Below, in pieces: positions 8,357-20,374 of a DNA stretch of 64,000 nt; the first letter of the stretch is position 1, and each line of letters begins with the position of its first letter. A model generated the notes under the pieces. That model saw only the letters and a list, made by a program, of their open reading frames with translations, was not told the origin of the DNA and ran no database searches. The stretch comes from Candidatus Sericytochromatia bacterium (lineage in GTDB: Bacteria > Cyanobacteriota > Sericytochromatia > S15B-MN24 > UBA4093), in contig JAKFBU010000073.1 of the NCBI GenBank assembly GCA_036676985.1, positions 118,521 to 182,520 of the forward strand, read 5' to 3'. Position numbers and translations under genes: made by a program.

Positions 8357-8626
8357 GGCCCGTCCTCCCGCGCCATCAGGCGCTTGCCGGCCTCTTGAGC
8401 CCGATCGCGCGCATTAAATCCTCGTTGCGGTTCCGTGAGAAGTGTTTGGAATTAAAAAAATCTCAGACAAGTGTGACAGATTTGGGTGCCCGCCGGGTGA
8501 AATACGGGAGGAAGCCGAAACGATCCCCCGGCAAGAATGAGTCCAGCAAGCCGTCGGGGTATAGAACTCGCAGCCGAATGCGAGTCGCAACGTCCAGGCA
8601 CTCGCATTCGAATCGGGAGGGTTTGC

Positions 8627-9913
8627 ATGTCAGGCATTTCATCAGTCACCAACACACCGGCCTACACGCCGCCGGCCCAGACCGCGGGGGCCGGAGCTCC
8701 TGCCGCTGCCGGCGGTGCCGCGCCCGCTTCCGCTCCGGCCGCGGCCGGCGACTCCGTCAGCACGGGTGGCGGTCAAGCAGCCTCGGGCAACCTCGAGATG
8801 TTCCAGGCCTCGGGCGTCGTCAAGGACGTCTCGCCCCCCCTGCCCCCGGTCGAGCAGCCCAAGGCGACGGCCGCACCCGACATCAAGCCGTACGAGGCCC
8901 CGCCGGTCCACGACGACACGATCAAACCGCCTTCGCCCATCAAGAACACCCATTTTTCGATCATCGAGGGCCCGGCGAGCCCCGACCCCTGAGTGGAGTT
9001 CTGCGGCCGCGATGGTATCGCGGCAACGGTGAGCGGCCCCCACGGGTCCATGCAGATGCCCATCCAGCAGCGCAACGGCACCTACGAGATCCTGCGCGAC
9101 GCCTACAACCCGGGCGACCTCAACGTCAAGGGCGAGTTCGTCGACGGCGACCTCAAGAAGGTCTCCATGACCGTCAGCATGGATAAGGCCAAGGGCACGG
9201 CCGACCTGATCGAGTACGACGGCACGACGCTCATGGTCAACGGCAAGCCGGCCAACCCGCCCCTGACCACCGAGAACGGCACCAAGATCACGATGGAGGG
9301 CGGCAAGTTCCACATCGAGACCAAGGGCGGCGACACGTTCAACATGGAGCCGACCATCTGCCCGGCCATCAACCTGGAAGGCGACGTCAACCCCAACCGC
9401 GGCACGGATAGCGTGCGCTCGGAGCTGCTGGGCGACTTCGACGACGATCCCAACAGCACCTGGGTCACCAACGCGGATGCCCAGAACATCTTCGGTGCGG
9501 GCGGCGCCACCGGCGCTCCGGCCGGCGGTGCGGGCGCTGCGGGTGGCGGTACCTCGTTCCTGGACAGCATCTTCGAGAGCCTGCGCAAGCTCTTCTCGTC
9601 GCTCGCAGGCTCCAGCGACGCCGGCTCCGTGCCCCCTGGCCCCGGCCAGGACCTGCTCAACAAGGTCAAGACGCCCGAGCTCAAGCAGGCGATCTTCGAC
9701 AAGGCCAAGTCGGGCGGCGGCATCGACGTCGACAAGCTGCTCGCGACCATCAAGGATCCGGCCGAGCGCGAGAAGATCGGCATGGCCCTCACGCACGGCT
9801 CGACGTCTGTCGAGGACGTGATCAAGATGATCTCGAAGCCGGAGGAGCGCCTGGCGTTCCTGACCGAGCTGGTCGGTCCCACCAAGGCCGCCGAGCTCAA
9901 CGCCAAGCTCTAG
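8627..9913 (+). CDS. Secreted-type protein with VWD-like domain, interrupted by in-frame TGA at 8990-8992 (candidate selenoprotein, otherwise nonsense pseudogene)
   Basis: GGGAGG + ATG 8627; ORFs 8537..8992 and 8993..9913 share one frame; no SD before 8993 or 9050; DP*VEFCGRDG resembles VWD GDPH..TFDG and ELLGDFDDDP resembles VWD GLLGNFDGDP. Confidence 0.65.
8990..9027 (+). promoter_or_regulatory. Candidate bacterial SECIS element
   Basis: UGA, 13 nt, then stem GCCGCGAT/ATCGCGGC (9006-9013/9017-9024) with GGU apical loop 21 nt after the UGA. Confidence 0.5.
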
Positions 9914-9924
9914 TCTGACCCAGG

Positions 9925-9950
9925 GAGGGCGGGGGACTTCCCCCGCCCTC
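9925..9950 (+). terminator. Stem-loop downstream of 8627-9913
   Basis: GAGGGCGGGGG-ACTT-CCCCCGCCCTC, 11-bp perfect stem. Confidence 0.55.
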
Positions 9951-9975
9951 GCTTCCCGTCTCAAGAGGAGTCTCC

Positions 9976-10815
9976 ATGGCCACCGCGAGCCCCGCCCCCG
10001 TCCGCACCGGCAACGAGAAGGTCGTCTACGACTGCTGCACCGCCATGCGGGGAATCCTGGACCGCTTCAAACCGAACGGCGCCCTCGACTGGCCGGGTGC
10101 CGAGGCCATCGTCAACAAATTAGCCAAGATCTTGCCCCCCTCGCCCGAGCTGGTGCCCGGCCTCCGGGTCACGGGCGGCTACGACGAGGCCCACGCCATC
10201 AACGTGGCCGTCTACGCCATGACCATGGCGCGCGGCATGGGCATGCCCCAGGGCCGCCTCATCGAGATCGGCCTCGCGGCCCTCTTCCACGACATCGGCA
10301 AGATCATGCCCCAGTCCCACCCGAAGAAGGCCGAGCTCACCCGCTTCGAGGAGCACGGCTCCATCGGCCGGGTGATGCTCTCCGAGCACTTCGAGGTGCT
10401 GCCGCGCATCACCGAGTGGGTGGCCGACCACCACGAACGGGTGGACGGCAGCGGCCCGCGCGGCCACAAGACCCCGTCCATCGAGGCCCAGATCATCGGC
10501 CTGGTCGACATCTACGACGCCAACCTCACGCCCCACCCGCGCCGGGCCACCCTGACGCCGCACTCGGCGTGGAACGTGGCCCTCACGGTGGCCCCCAAGA
10601 AGTTCGCGCCCGAGGTGGTCGCGGCCTTCAAGGCGCACATCCTGCCCTACCCGCCCGAGACCCGGGTGGTGCTCACGGGCGGCACGCCCGCGGTGATCGT
10701 GACGCCCGCCGCCTCGGAGCACCCCTTGGCTCCGGTGGTGCGCTGCGGCGACGGCAACGTGTACGACCTCTCGGAGTACGCCTCGCCGCGGGTCGTGGGC
10801 CTGGCGCGCGACTGA
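9976..10815 (+). CDS. HD-GYP domain protein (degenerate GYP motif)
   Basis: HAINV, FHDIGK, HHERVDGSGPRG, D.YDA; C-terminal YPP.T.V.L..G subdomain. Confidence 0.8.
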   Translation: MATASPAPVRTGNEKVVYDCCTAMRGILDRFKPNGALDWPGAEAIVNKLAKILPPSPELVPGLRVTGGYDEAHAINVAVYAMTMARGMGMPQGRLIEIGLAALFHDIGKIMPQSHPKKAELTRFEEHGSIGRVMLSEHFEVLPRITEWVADHHERVDGSGPRGHKTPSIEAQIIGLVDIYDANLTPHPRRATLTPHSAWNVALTVAPKKFAPEVVAAFKAHILPYPPETRVVLTGGTPAVIVTPAASEHPLAPVVRCGDGNVYDLSEYASPRVVGLARD

Positions 10816-10945
10816 CCCCACGGCGGCCCCTAGGTCGCCATGCCCAAAACCGTTTGCGAGGGCCGGATGGACAAGTCCGGCCCTCGCGGCTTACGATTGG
10901 AGGGGCGGGAGGGCCCCGCCGAGGGAGAAAAGAGGCTTCGAGACG

Positions 10946-11476
10946 ATGATGACCGCCGACAACGCGCACCTGGCCGCCAAGATCCGGGAGATCCCGGACT
11001 ACCCCAAGCCGGGCGTGAGCTTCAAGGACATCACCCCCCTGATGCAGGACGCCGCGGCCCTGCGCGACGCCATCGACCAGGTGGCGCGCCACTTCGCCGC
11101 GGCCGACATCGCGCACGTGGTGGGCATCGAGTCGCGCGGCTTCATCTTCGGCGCGGCCATCGCCTACGCCCTCAAGGCGGGCTTCATCCCCGTCCGCAAG
11201 CCGGGCAAGCTGCCCCATGAGACCCACCGCTGCGAGTACGAGCTCGAGTACGGCACCGACGCCCTCGAGATCCACACGGACGCCGTCCGGCCGGGCGAGC
11301 GGGTGCTCATCATCGACGACGTGCTCGCCACCGGCGGCACCGCCTCGGCCGCCGTCGAGCTCGTCAACAAGCTGGGCGGCGAGGTCGCGGGCCTCGGCTT
11401 CCTCATCGAGCTGGGCTTCCTGAACGGGCGCGATCGCCTCAAGGGCCACGACGTCTTCAGCCTCGTGACCTACTAG
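10946..11476 (+). CDS. apt: Adenine phosphoribosyltransferase
   Basis: IPDYPKPGVSFKDIT, ESRGF, RKPGKLP, LEYG, IIDDVLATGGT. Confidence 0.97.
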   Translation: MMTADNAHLAAKIREIPDYPKPGVSFKDITPLMQDAAALRDAIDQVARHFAAADIAHVVGIESRGFIFGAAIAYALKAGFIPVRKPGKLPHETHRCEYELEYGTDALEIHTDAVRPGERVLIIDDVLATGGTASAAVELVNKLGGEVAGLGFLIELGFLNGRDRLKGHDVFSLVTY

Positions 11477-11490
11477 CGTTCACGCTCGGC

Positions 11491-11516
11491 GGCCGGAGTC
11501 CCGCGGGACTCCGGCC
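11491..11516. terminator. Hairpin between convergent genes
   Basis: GGCCGGAGTCC-CGCG-GGACTCCGGCC. Confidence 0.6.
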
Positions 11517-11526
11517 TGGTCTTTGG

Positions 11527-12351
11527 CTACCGGCCCCGCTGGTGGGCCAGGCGATGGGCCTTCTTGAGGCTCTTGGGCGCCGGGTGCGCCCGATCGTAGA
11601 CGACAACGGCGTTGGTGAGCCCCCAGTGAGGCTTGGCCACGATCTTGCCCCGGTAGGCCATGCCCACCGAGGGGCCGCCATCCAAGTTGAGGGCGTCGTG
11701 CACGCCGAGCCTCCGCATGGCCTCGGCCTCTTCTTGAAGCGTGATGCGCTCCGGGAAGGTCACGAACATCAGGCGCCGGCGATCCCGGCTCAGGCCCACG
11801 GCCGTCCGCGGGGCGCGCCCGAACACGGAGGGATCGCGGAAGCCCTCGAACCACGGCCGGAGCCAGACCTGGCCGTCCTTGACCAGGCGCGGCCCCGCGG
11901 CGAAGGACAGCCAGGCGGTGCGGTAATCGGGCAGCCCTTCGGTCCGGATGGTCTGGATCCTAGCCTTGCCGCTCCGGTCGATGGTCAAGGACGTGCCGCG
12001 GGTGTCCCAGTCCCGGTACTGGACGAGCCGGCCGTCCACTACCGTGTTGCCGAGGGTGTCGAAGGTCGAGACGCTGAAGAAGGTGCCGTTGACCACGGCT
12101 GCCGCCCGCGAGGCCTGCGTGAAGGCCTGGAAGCCCTCGTGGCAGCGGTGCTGGGGGACCCCGCCGTGCGCGAAGCGCATGGACACGAGCGTCTGGGCAT
12201 CCTTGAGGTCCGCCGAGACCACGATCGCCTTGACCGGTCGGCGGTTGATCGTGACCGCTTTGCGGGCAATCGCCACCGGTTGGGCGAGGGCCGGCGCGGG
12301 CCAGAGGGACAGGGCCAGGACGAGGGCTACTAGCGGGCGATGAGCGGTCAT
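11527..12351 (-). CDS. Phosphodiester glycosidase (NAGPA/DUF2233) family secreted protein
   Basis: Signal peptide; NGTFF, AGPRLV, PRTAVG, ALNLDGG.S. Confidence 0.85.
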   Translation of the reverse strand: MTAHRPLVALVLALSLWPAPALAQPVAIARKAVTINRRPVKAIVVSADLKDAQTLVSMRFAHGGVPQHRCHEGFQAFTQASRAAAVVNGTFFSVSTFDTLGNTVVDGRLVQYRDWDTRGTSLTIDRSGKARIQTIRTEGLPDYRTAWLSFAAGPRLVKDGQVWLRPWFEGFRDPSVFGRAPRTAVGLSRDRRRLMFVTFPERITLQEEAEAMRRLGVHDALNLDGGPSVGMAYRGKIVAKPHWGLTNAVVVYDRAHPAPKSLKKAHRLAHQRGR

Positions 12352-12508
12352 GGGTCCCTCCGGCGTTGCAGCGACGTTTCTCCCAGTGTCCGCAATCGGG
12401 GCGCCGGGCGCCACGGCGGGGGCGCCGAGCTTCGTTGGCCACCTTGGCGGGACCGTGCAACGCTTGCTCGCTCGCGGTAAGATGGGGCCGTACCGTCCGG
12501 AGGAACTC

Positions 12509-13591
12509 ATGATCGGCAACCTCTCCTCGCGCACCTTCCTGTGGGCCGTCTGCTACACGGGACTCTTCATCGTCACCTTCGCCCTCCTCAGGCCCTTCTG
12601 GGAGGCGATCGCCTGGTCCTTCATCCTGGCGGCCGTGACGTGGCCCCTGTACCGCCGGCTCCGCGACCTCTGCAAGGGCAACGCCACGGTCTCGGCCGTC
12701 CTCATGTGCCTGGTGGTCGTGGCGGCCATCGCCGTCCCGTTCTCGTTCATCGTGGCCTCGCTCTTGAAAGAGGTGGGCCCCGCCTTCAACTCGCTGATGC
12801 ACATCCTGTCCTCGCCCCCCTCGCCGCCGGGCTGGCTCAACCGCTTCCCGGCCGTGGTCAACGCCTACGAGGAGGCGATCGCAGCCGCGCGCAGCGGCTC
12901 GGGCCCCGGCCGGGACTGGCTGGTCTCCCTGGCCCGGCCCGGCACCCGGGTGCTCGCGGCGGCGGGCGACACCCTCTTGCAGGGGGCCATCGCCCTCTTC
13001 ACGCTCTTCTTCCTGTACCGGAACGGCGATCGCTACCGGGTCCAGGCGCGGGCGGTCTTCACCTACCTCTTGGGCCCGTCGGTGGGGCGCCTCGTGCAGC
13101 CGACCAAGGACGCCATGCGGGCGGTGTTCGCAGGCGTCATCCTGGCGGCCGCCGCTCAGGGCGTGACGGCAGGCATCGGCTTTGCCATCGTCGGGCTGCA
13201 TGCCCCCATCCTCTTGGGCGTGGCCACCGCCGTCACGGCCCTCATCCCCTTTGGCGCGGTGCTCATCTGGGGCACGTCGGCCGTGTGGCTCATCGCCACG
13301 GGCTCCCTGGTCAAGGGGCTCGTCCTGGTCGCGTGGGGGGCGCTCGCCGTCAGCAGCGTCGACAACCTGGTGCGCCCCCTGGTCATCAGCGGCGCCACCC
13401 GCTTGCCCTACCTGCAGGTCTTCTTCGCCTTCCTGGGGGGCCTGGCGACCTTCGGGCTCATCGGCCTCTTCATCGGTCCGGCCGTGCTCGCCATCTGGAT
13501 GGTGCTCTGGAACGAGTGGGCCGCCGCCGGCGCCCCGCCGTCGACCGAGAGCCCGCCCGTCAGCCTTGACGCGCCGCCCGCCGGGGGCTAG
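12509..13591 (+). CDS. AI-2E family transporter
   Basis: Multi-TM; P.YRRL, DNLVRP.VIS, GGLATFGLIGLFIGP. Confidence 0.9.
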   Translation: MIGNLSSRTFLWAVCYTGLFIVTFALLRPFWEAIAWSFILAAVTWPLYRRLRDLCKGNATVSAVLMCLVVVAAIAVPFSFIVASLLKEVGPAFNSLMHILSSPPSPPGWLNRFPAVVNAYEEAIAAARSGSGPGRDWLVSLARPGTRVLAAAGDTLLQGAIALFTLFFLYRNGDRYRVQARAVFTYLLGPSVGRLVQPTKDAMRAVFAGVILAAAAQGVTAGIGFAIVGLHAPILLGVATAVTALIPFGAVLIWGTSAVWLIATGSLVKGLVLVAWGALAVSSVDNLVRPLVISGATRLPYLQVFFAFLGGLATFGLIGLFIGPAVLAIWMVLWNEWAAAGAPPSTESPPVSLDAPPAGG

Positions 13592-13594
13592 AAT
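13566..13594 (+). promoter_or_regulatory. Sigma70-type promoter for fluoride riboswitch/crcB
   Basis: TTGACG-17 nt-TAGAAT, 6 nt before the riboswitch. Confidence 0.75.
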
Positions 13595-13600
13595 CGCCCT

Positions 13601-13659
13601 GGCGATGAAGCTCGCCTGGCCGCTTGCGGCCGAACCGTCGTGAGACTGATGGCTTCTGT
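13601..13659 (+). ncRNA. Fluoride (crcB) riboswitch
   Basis: GGCGATGAAGCTCGCC...AACCGTC...GACTGATGGCTTCTG; directly upstream of crcB and overlapping a terminator. Confidence 0.92.
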
Positions 13660-13689
13660 GGCCCGTTCGGGCTGCAGGGGCCTTTTTTG
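13651..13689 (+). terminator. Riboswitch-controlled intrinsic terminator
   Basis: GGCTTCTGTGGCCCG-TT-CGGGCTGCAGGGGCC followed by TTTTTTGTT. Confidence 0.8.
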
Positions 13690-13700
13690 TTGGGGGAGAG

Positions 13701-14084
13701 ATGCGCGACTTCGTCATGATCGGCCTCGGCGGGTGGCTCGGCGCCTTCACCCGCTACGTCACGGACCGCTGGGTGATCCAGGCGACGGGCGGCCAGTTCC
13801 CGTACGGGACGCTCGTCATCAACCTGGTGGGCTGCCTCCTCCTCGGCTTCCTCGCCACGCTCGCCCGCGACCGGGTGGTCGCGATCCCGCGGGGGGTCTG
13901 GCTGTTCGCGACCTACGGCTTCCTCGGGGCCTTCACGACGTTCTCGACCTTCGGGTTCGAGACGCTGCGCCTCATGGAGGCCGCGCGCTGGTCCGCGGTC
14001 CTCTTCAACGTGGTCGCGAGCGTGGGCGGCGGGCTTCTGGCCTGCTACCTGGGGTCCGTCATGGCCCGGAGCCTCGCCGGCTAG
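13701..14084 (+). CDS. crcB: Fluoride efflux channel CrcB/FluC
   Basis: GG.LGA..RY, FPYGTLVIN..GC, GFLGAFTTFSTF. Confidence 0.95.
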   Translation: MRDFVMIGLGGWLGAFTRYVTDRWVIQATGGQFPYGTLVINLVGCLLLGFLATLARDRVVAIPRGVWLFATYGFLGAFTTFSTFGFETLRLMEAARWSAVLFNVVASVGGGLLACYLGSVMARSLAG

Positions 14085-14153
14085 CCTCCGCCCCGACCCA
14101 CGGGATGCGATACAATAGGGAATTTGGCGAGCGTGTCGCGGAAGGAAGATCGG

Positions 14154-16094
14154 ATGCCCCGTTACGCGGACTACCTCGAATCGGGCGGGTCGTGGCTCCA
14201 GGAGCTCGTCTGCCACAAGCTGGGCGTGCCCCCCATGCGGAGCGCGGACCATGCCGCGTGGCAGGCCCTCGCGGATCGCTTCCTCGCCCTGCCGCACCTG
14301 CAGACCCTCCTGGCGGACCTCAGCGACCTCGAGGGGGACCTGCTCTGGATGGCGCTCTTCTCGGGCAACGGCGCGAGCGATCGCGAGCTCCTGGACTTCG
14401 CCCGGCGTCAGGGCATCGAGCGCCATGACGCGCAGGAGGCCCTCTACACCCTGTCGCACTCCGGGCTCGTCTTCTGCTCGCGCGGCTGGAGCAACGACAT
14501 CACCCTGTTTGTCCCCACCGACCTCGCCGAGCGCCTCGTGGCGCTGCGCGGCCTGACGCGGCCGGCCCTCCTGACGCCGAGCGCGGAGGCGCCCCGGACC
14601 TACCGTTCCGAGGAGATGGCGCTGCATCGGGACCTCTACACGCTGCTCACGGCCATCGAGAAGGATCCGCCGCCGCTCACGCAGCAGACGCGCCTCATCT
14701 ACAAGCGTCAGCTCGAGAAGGTCCTCCTGCCCAAGCTGGAGATCCAGGAGCGGGCCCCGGCCGACGGGAGCTACCCTCCGCGCTTCGCCTTCCTGTTCGA
14801 TTTCTGCACCGCCAGCCAGCTCGTGCTCCGGAGCCGCGACGGCAAGGTCGTCGTCTCGACGGGCGTGCCACGCTGGTTCGCCCTGGGCCCCCTCGACCAG
14901 GCCCGCGCGATCTTCAACTTCTGGGAGCACCGTTGCCTCAGGGCGGGCTGGCGCTACGAGCAGCGCGTGCTGGTGCGGGTGCTCGCCACCTGTGAGCCGG
15001 GCGTCTGGTACGACGTCGCGGGCCTCGTCCCGCTCGTCCAGGCGTGGTACGGCAAGGCTCCAACAGCCATGGCGGACGCCTTCAAGGCCCTCGCCTATCA
15101 GAGCCTCATCGACCTCTCCCTGGACGCTCACCTCCAGCCCGTGAGCTTCCGGCTCACGGACCTGGGGGCGACCCTCCTGGGGATCCCCCAGGAGGTGGAC
15201 CCGACCCGCCCGGACCCGGTCGCGCGGGACTACCAGCCGCCCGTGACGAGCACCTTCCTGCTGCAGCCCAACTACGAGGTGCTCGTGCCGCGCACGCTCG
15301 ACCTGTCGGTGCGGCACCGGCTCGACCAGGTGGCGGAGCTCTTGCGGGCGGACGTCGTCTCGCGGTACCGGCTCACGGACGCCTCGGTGCAGCGCGCCAT
15401 GGAGCACGGCTGGGAGGTCCAGGCGCTCCTGGACTTCCTCAGGAGCCACTCGGAGGCCGAGCTGCCCCAGAACGTGCAGATGACGCTCTCGGACTGGGCC
15501 GAGCGTTACGGCCGGATCACCTTCTGGGAGGTCTTCCTCATGCGGGTGGCCGACAAGGCGCTCGCCAAGGAGCTCAAGGCCCACCCCAAGCTCGCGACCT
15601 TCTTCCACGGGGAGGTCGCTCCCACCGCCCTCATCGTCGCCCGCAAGGATTACTCGCGGCTGGTCGCGGCCCTCAAGGAGTACGGCTACTGGCCGCGCGT
15701 CGGGGTGATCAACCCGGAGCCCGACGAGGCGCAGGGGCCAAAGAGCGCCGCCAAGGACCTGCTCATCCTGGACTTCGGAGCAGGCCAGCGCCTGCCCATG
15801 GCCATCAACCAGCAGATCCCCAAGCCGACGGGCAAGAAGACGGGCCCCCTGCGCCGTCGGGAGCGCGGCGGCCGTGACCTGCCGAGCGCGACGGTCGCGG
15901 ATCTGGTGCAGGCCGCCATCAAGGAGCGCAAGCAGCTGGAGATCGAGTACCTGGCCCCGACCACCGGTCGCACCCGGCGCACCATCGATCCCCGCCAGCT
16001 CGCCGGCGACCAGGTGGAGGCCTTTTGCCACCTGCGTTCCGAGGATCGACGCTTCATGCTGGACAAGATCCGGGAGATCTGGGTATTGGACTAG
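14154..16094 (+). CDS. XPB/Ssl2-type helicase-associated (Helicase_C_3) domain + WYL domain protein
   Basis: LQPNYEV.VP...YRLT..SV.RA...G....L..L..HS..ELPQNV...L.DW..RYG; C-terminal IEY...R.IDP...EAFCHLRSEDRRF.LDKI. Confidence 0.85.
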   Translation: MPRYADYLESGGSWLQELVCHKLGVPPMRSADHAAWQALADRFLALPHLQTLLADLSDLEGDLLWMALFSGNGASDRELLDFARRQGIERHDAQEALYTLSHSGLVFCSRGWSNDITLFVPTDLAERLVALRGLTRPALLTPSAEAPRTYRSEEMALHRDLYTLLTAIEKDPPPLTQQTRLIYKRQLEKVLLPKLEIQERAPADGSYPPRFAFLFDFCTASQLVLRSRDGKVVVSTGVPRWFALGPLDQARAIFNFWEHRCLRAGWRYEQRVLVRVLATCEPGVWYDVAGLVPLVQAWYGKAPTAMADAFKALAYQSLIDLSLDAHLQPVSFRLTDLGATLLGIPQEVDPTRPDPVARDYQPPVTSTFLLQPNYEVLVPRTLDLSVRHRLDQVAELLRADVVSRYRLTDASVQRAMEHGWEVQALLDFLRSHSEAELPQNVQMTLSDWAERYGRITFWEVFLMRVADKALAKELKAHPKLATFFHGEVAPTALIVARKDYSRLVAALKEYGYWPRVGVINPEPDEAQGPKSAAKDLLILDFGAGQRLPMAINQQIPKPTGKKTGPLRRRERGGRDLPSATVADLVQAAIKERKQLEIEYLAPTTGRTRRTIDPRQLAGDQVEAFCHLRSEDRRFMLDKIREIWVLD

Positions 16095-16142
16095 GAGTTC
16101 GCCCGGGATCCCTCGTTCGCTAGATGACGCAAGGAGTTGCAA

Positions 16143-16954
16143 ATGGTCCTCGTGCTGCGCCTTGGCCTCCTGCTCGCCCTCCTCTTGCCCCTGATGGCAC
16201 CCGCGTCGGCCCAGACGCCTGCCCCCAAGCTCACGTTCGTCGCAGCCTCCCACAACCGGGCCAAGGGGCCGGACGCGGTGGACGGCGATCGCAGCACCAC
16301 CTGGCTCGGCCTCGCCCGCCGCGAGCCCGCCTGGATCACCTTCCGGCTGGATGCCGCCACCCCGATCATGGGCGTGGTCGTCACCATGGCCCCCATGCCG
16401 GCCAGCACCTACTACCACGTGGACGTCTCCAAGGACGGCGAGACCTTCGAGACCGTCCTCAAGGACCTCCAGAACCGCACGGACAAGCCGGCCGTCCGGG
16501 CCTTCGGCTCCCTGCGCGAGGTCAAGGCCCTGCGCCTGCGCTTCGAGAACGGCTCGCGCCAGCCCGTGATCCCCTTCTCCCTGAGCGAGGTCACGGTGCT
16601 GCCCGCAGGGGCCGTGCCCGACGCGGCGGAGCTCTCCTACGACGCCCTGCCCGTGGTGCTCGCCCAGACGCCGTCGCCTGCCCCCGGCCCGCGCATCCTG
16701 GGGACGGTCATGGGGCGCCACGAGGGCGATCGCGTGCTCGTGGTGGTGGGCGACGGCTTCCCCGAGCAGGTGGAGGCCGTCATGGTCAATGACCGCAAGG
16801 TCCAGGTCCTCGAGTCGACGAGCACCCAGATCCTCTGCCGCTACCCCTTCTCCAAGCAGGCCAAAGTGACGGTGGTCCTAAAGGCCGGCGGCCGCACCGT
16901 CACCCGCAAGGTGCCCATGGTCCAGCGCGAGGTGCGCTGGCAGCCCGCCGAGCG

Positions 16955-16958
<4 letters not shown>
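16143..16958 (+). CDS. Secreted discoidin (F5/8 type C) domain protein
   Basis: Signal peptide; AVDGDRSTTW, WITF.L, Y.VDVSKDGETF; C-terminal IPT/TIG-like segment. Confidence 0.75.
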
Positions 16959-19606
<2,648 letters not shown>

Positions 19607-19756
19607 GAAGGCCCCCTTTGACGGAAACACAGGGCCATTGTGGCCGCCCGCGCACCGGAATCCAAGCGGGAAGCGGGCCTTAAGCCCTCCGGTAGGCCCG
19701 GTCGCCAGTGTGGTAGCATTTCATGGACCCCACCCGGAAAGGACCCAAGCACCCGC

Positions 19757-20374
19757 ATGAACGTCAAGCTCGATCTCTCGCATCTCACCGTCGACCTCCT
19801 GGAGCTCGACCTGGTGGAGCTCAGCATCCTCCACGACGCCCTGGCGGCCTACGTCGAGACCCAGTTCCCCGAGGTCGCCGAGGCCCTCGCCAACGGCACG
19901 CCCCTGGACGACGCCATCGAGGGCCTGGACGAGAACGACGCCTTCCGGATCCACACCATCGTCGAGCGCCTCTACGACAAGATCGAGCGGCCCCTGACCA
20001 TCCTCGAAGAGGAGGCGGACCTCCAGGCCGCGGAGGGCGAGGACGGCGTGCGCGTGCGGATCATCCTCGAGAGCGAGGCCGAGGCGGGCGTCATCCACGA
20101 GGCCGCCAAGGCCCTGGGCGACCAGGTGGGCCGGGCGCTCGACGCGAGCAGCCTGCCCTATCCGGACGCCGAGCGGCTGGTGCGGGAGTTCGCGAGCTGG
20201 TTCGACCCGGACGACATCCCCGAGTACCCCTACTACATCGAGATGGAGGTCGCCGACGCGCGGATCATCGCGCAGCTGGCCGAGCGGGTCCAGGCCCACG
20301 CGCCGACCGAGCAGATGGCCCAGCTCCTCAAGGTCATGTCCGCGGCGGCCGCCGTCGAGACCGACGAGGAGTAG
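19757..20374 (+). CDS. Hypothetical acidic protein
   Basis: Coding-like codon usage; very D/E-rich; abuts the next gene. Confidence 0.7.
   Translation: MNVKLDLSHLTVDLLELDLVELSILHDALAAYVETQFPEVAEALANGTPLDDAIEGLDENDAFRIHTIVERLYDKIERPLTILEEEADLQAAEGEDGVRVRIILESEAEAGVIHEAAKALGDQVGRALDASSLPYPDAERLVREFASWFDPDDIPEYPYYIEMEVADARIIAQLAERVQAHAPTEQMAQLLKVMSAAAAVETDEE

Noticed and set aside
8490-8565. raiA-motif, c-di-GMP or c-di-AMP riboswitch
   Set aside because: Only a short AAACGATCC resemblance to raiA; the other conserved blocks of these families are absent.
8990-8992. Genome-wide UGA reassignment (code 4 or 25) as the explanation for the in-frame stop
   Set aside because: Other genes end at TGA at their expected C-termini (for example 10815, 28184, 38378), TGG is used for Trp, and no other gene in the window has an internal TGA.
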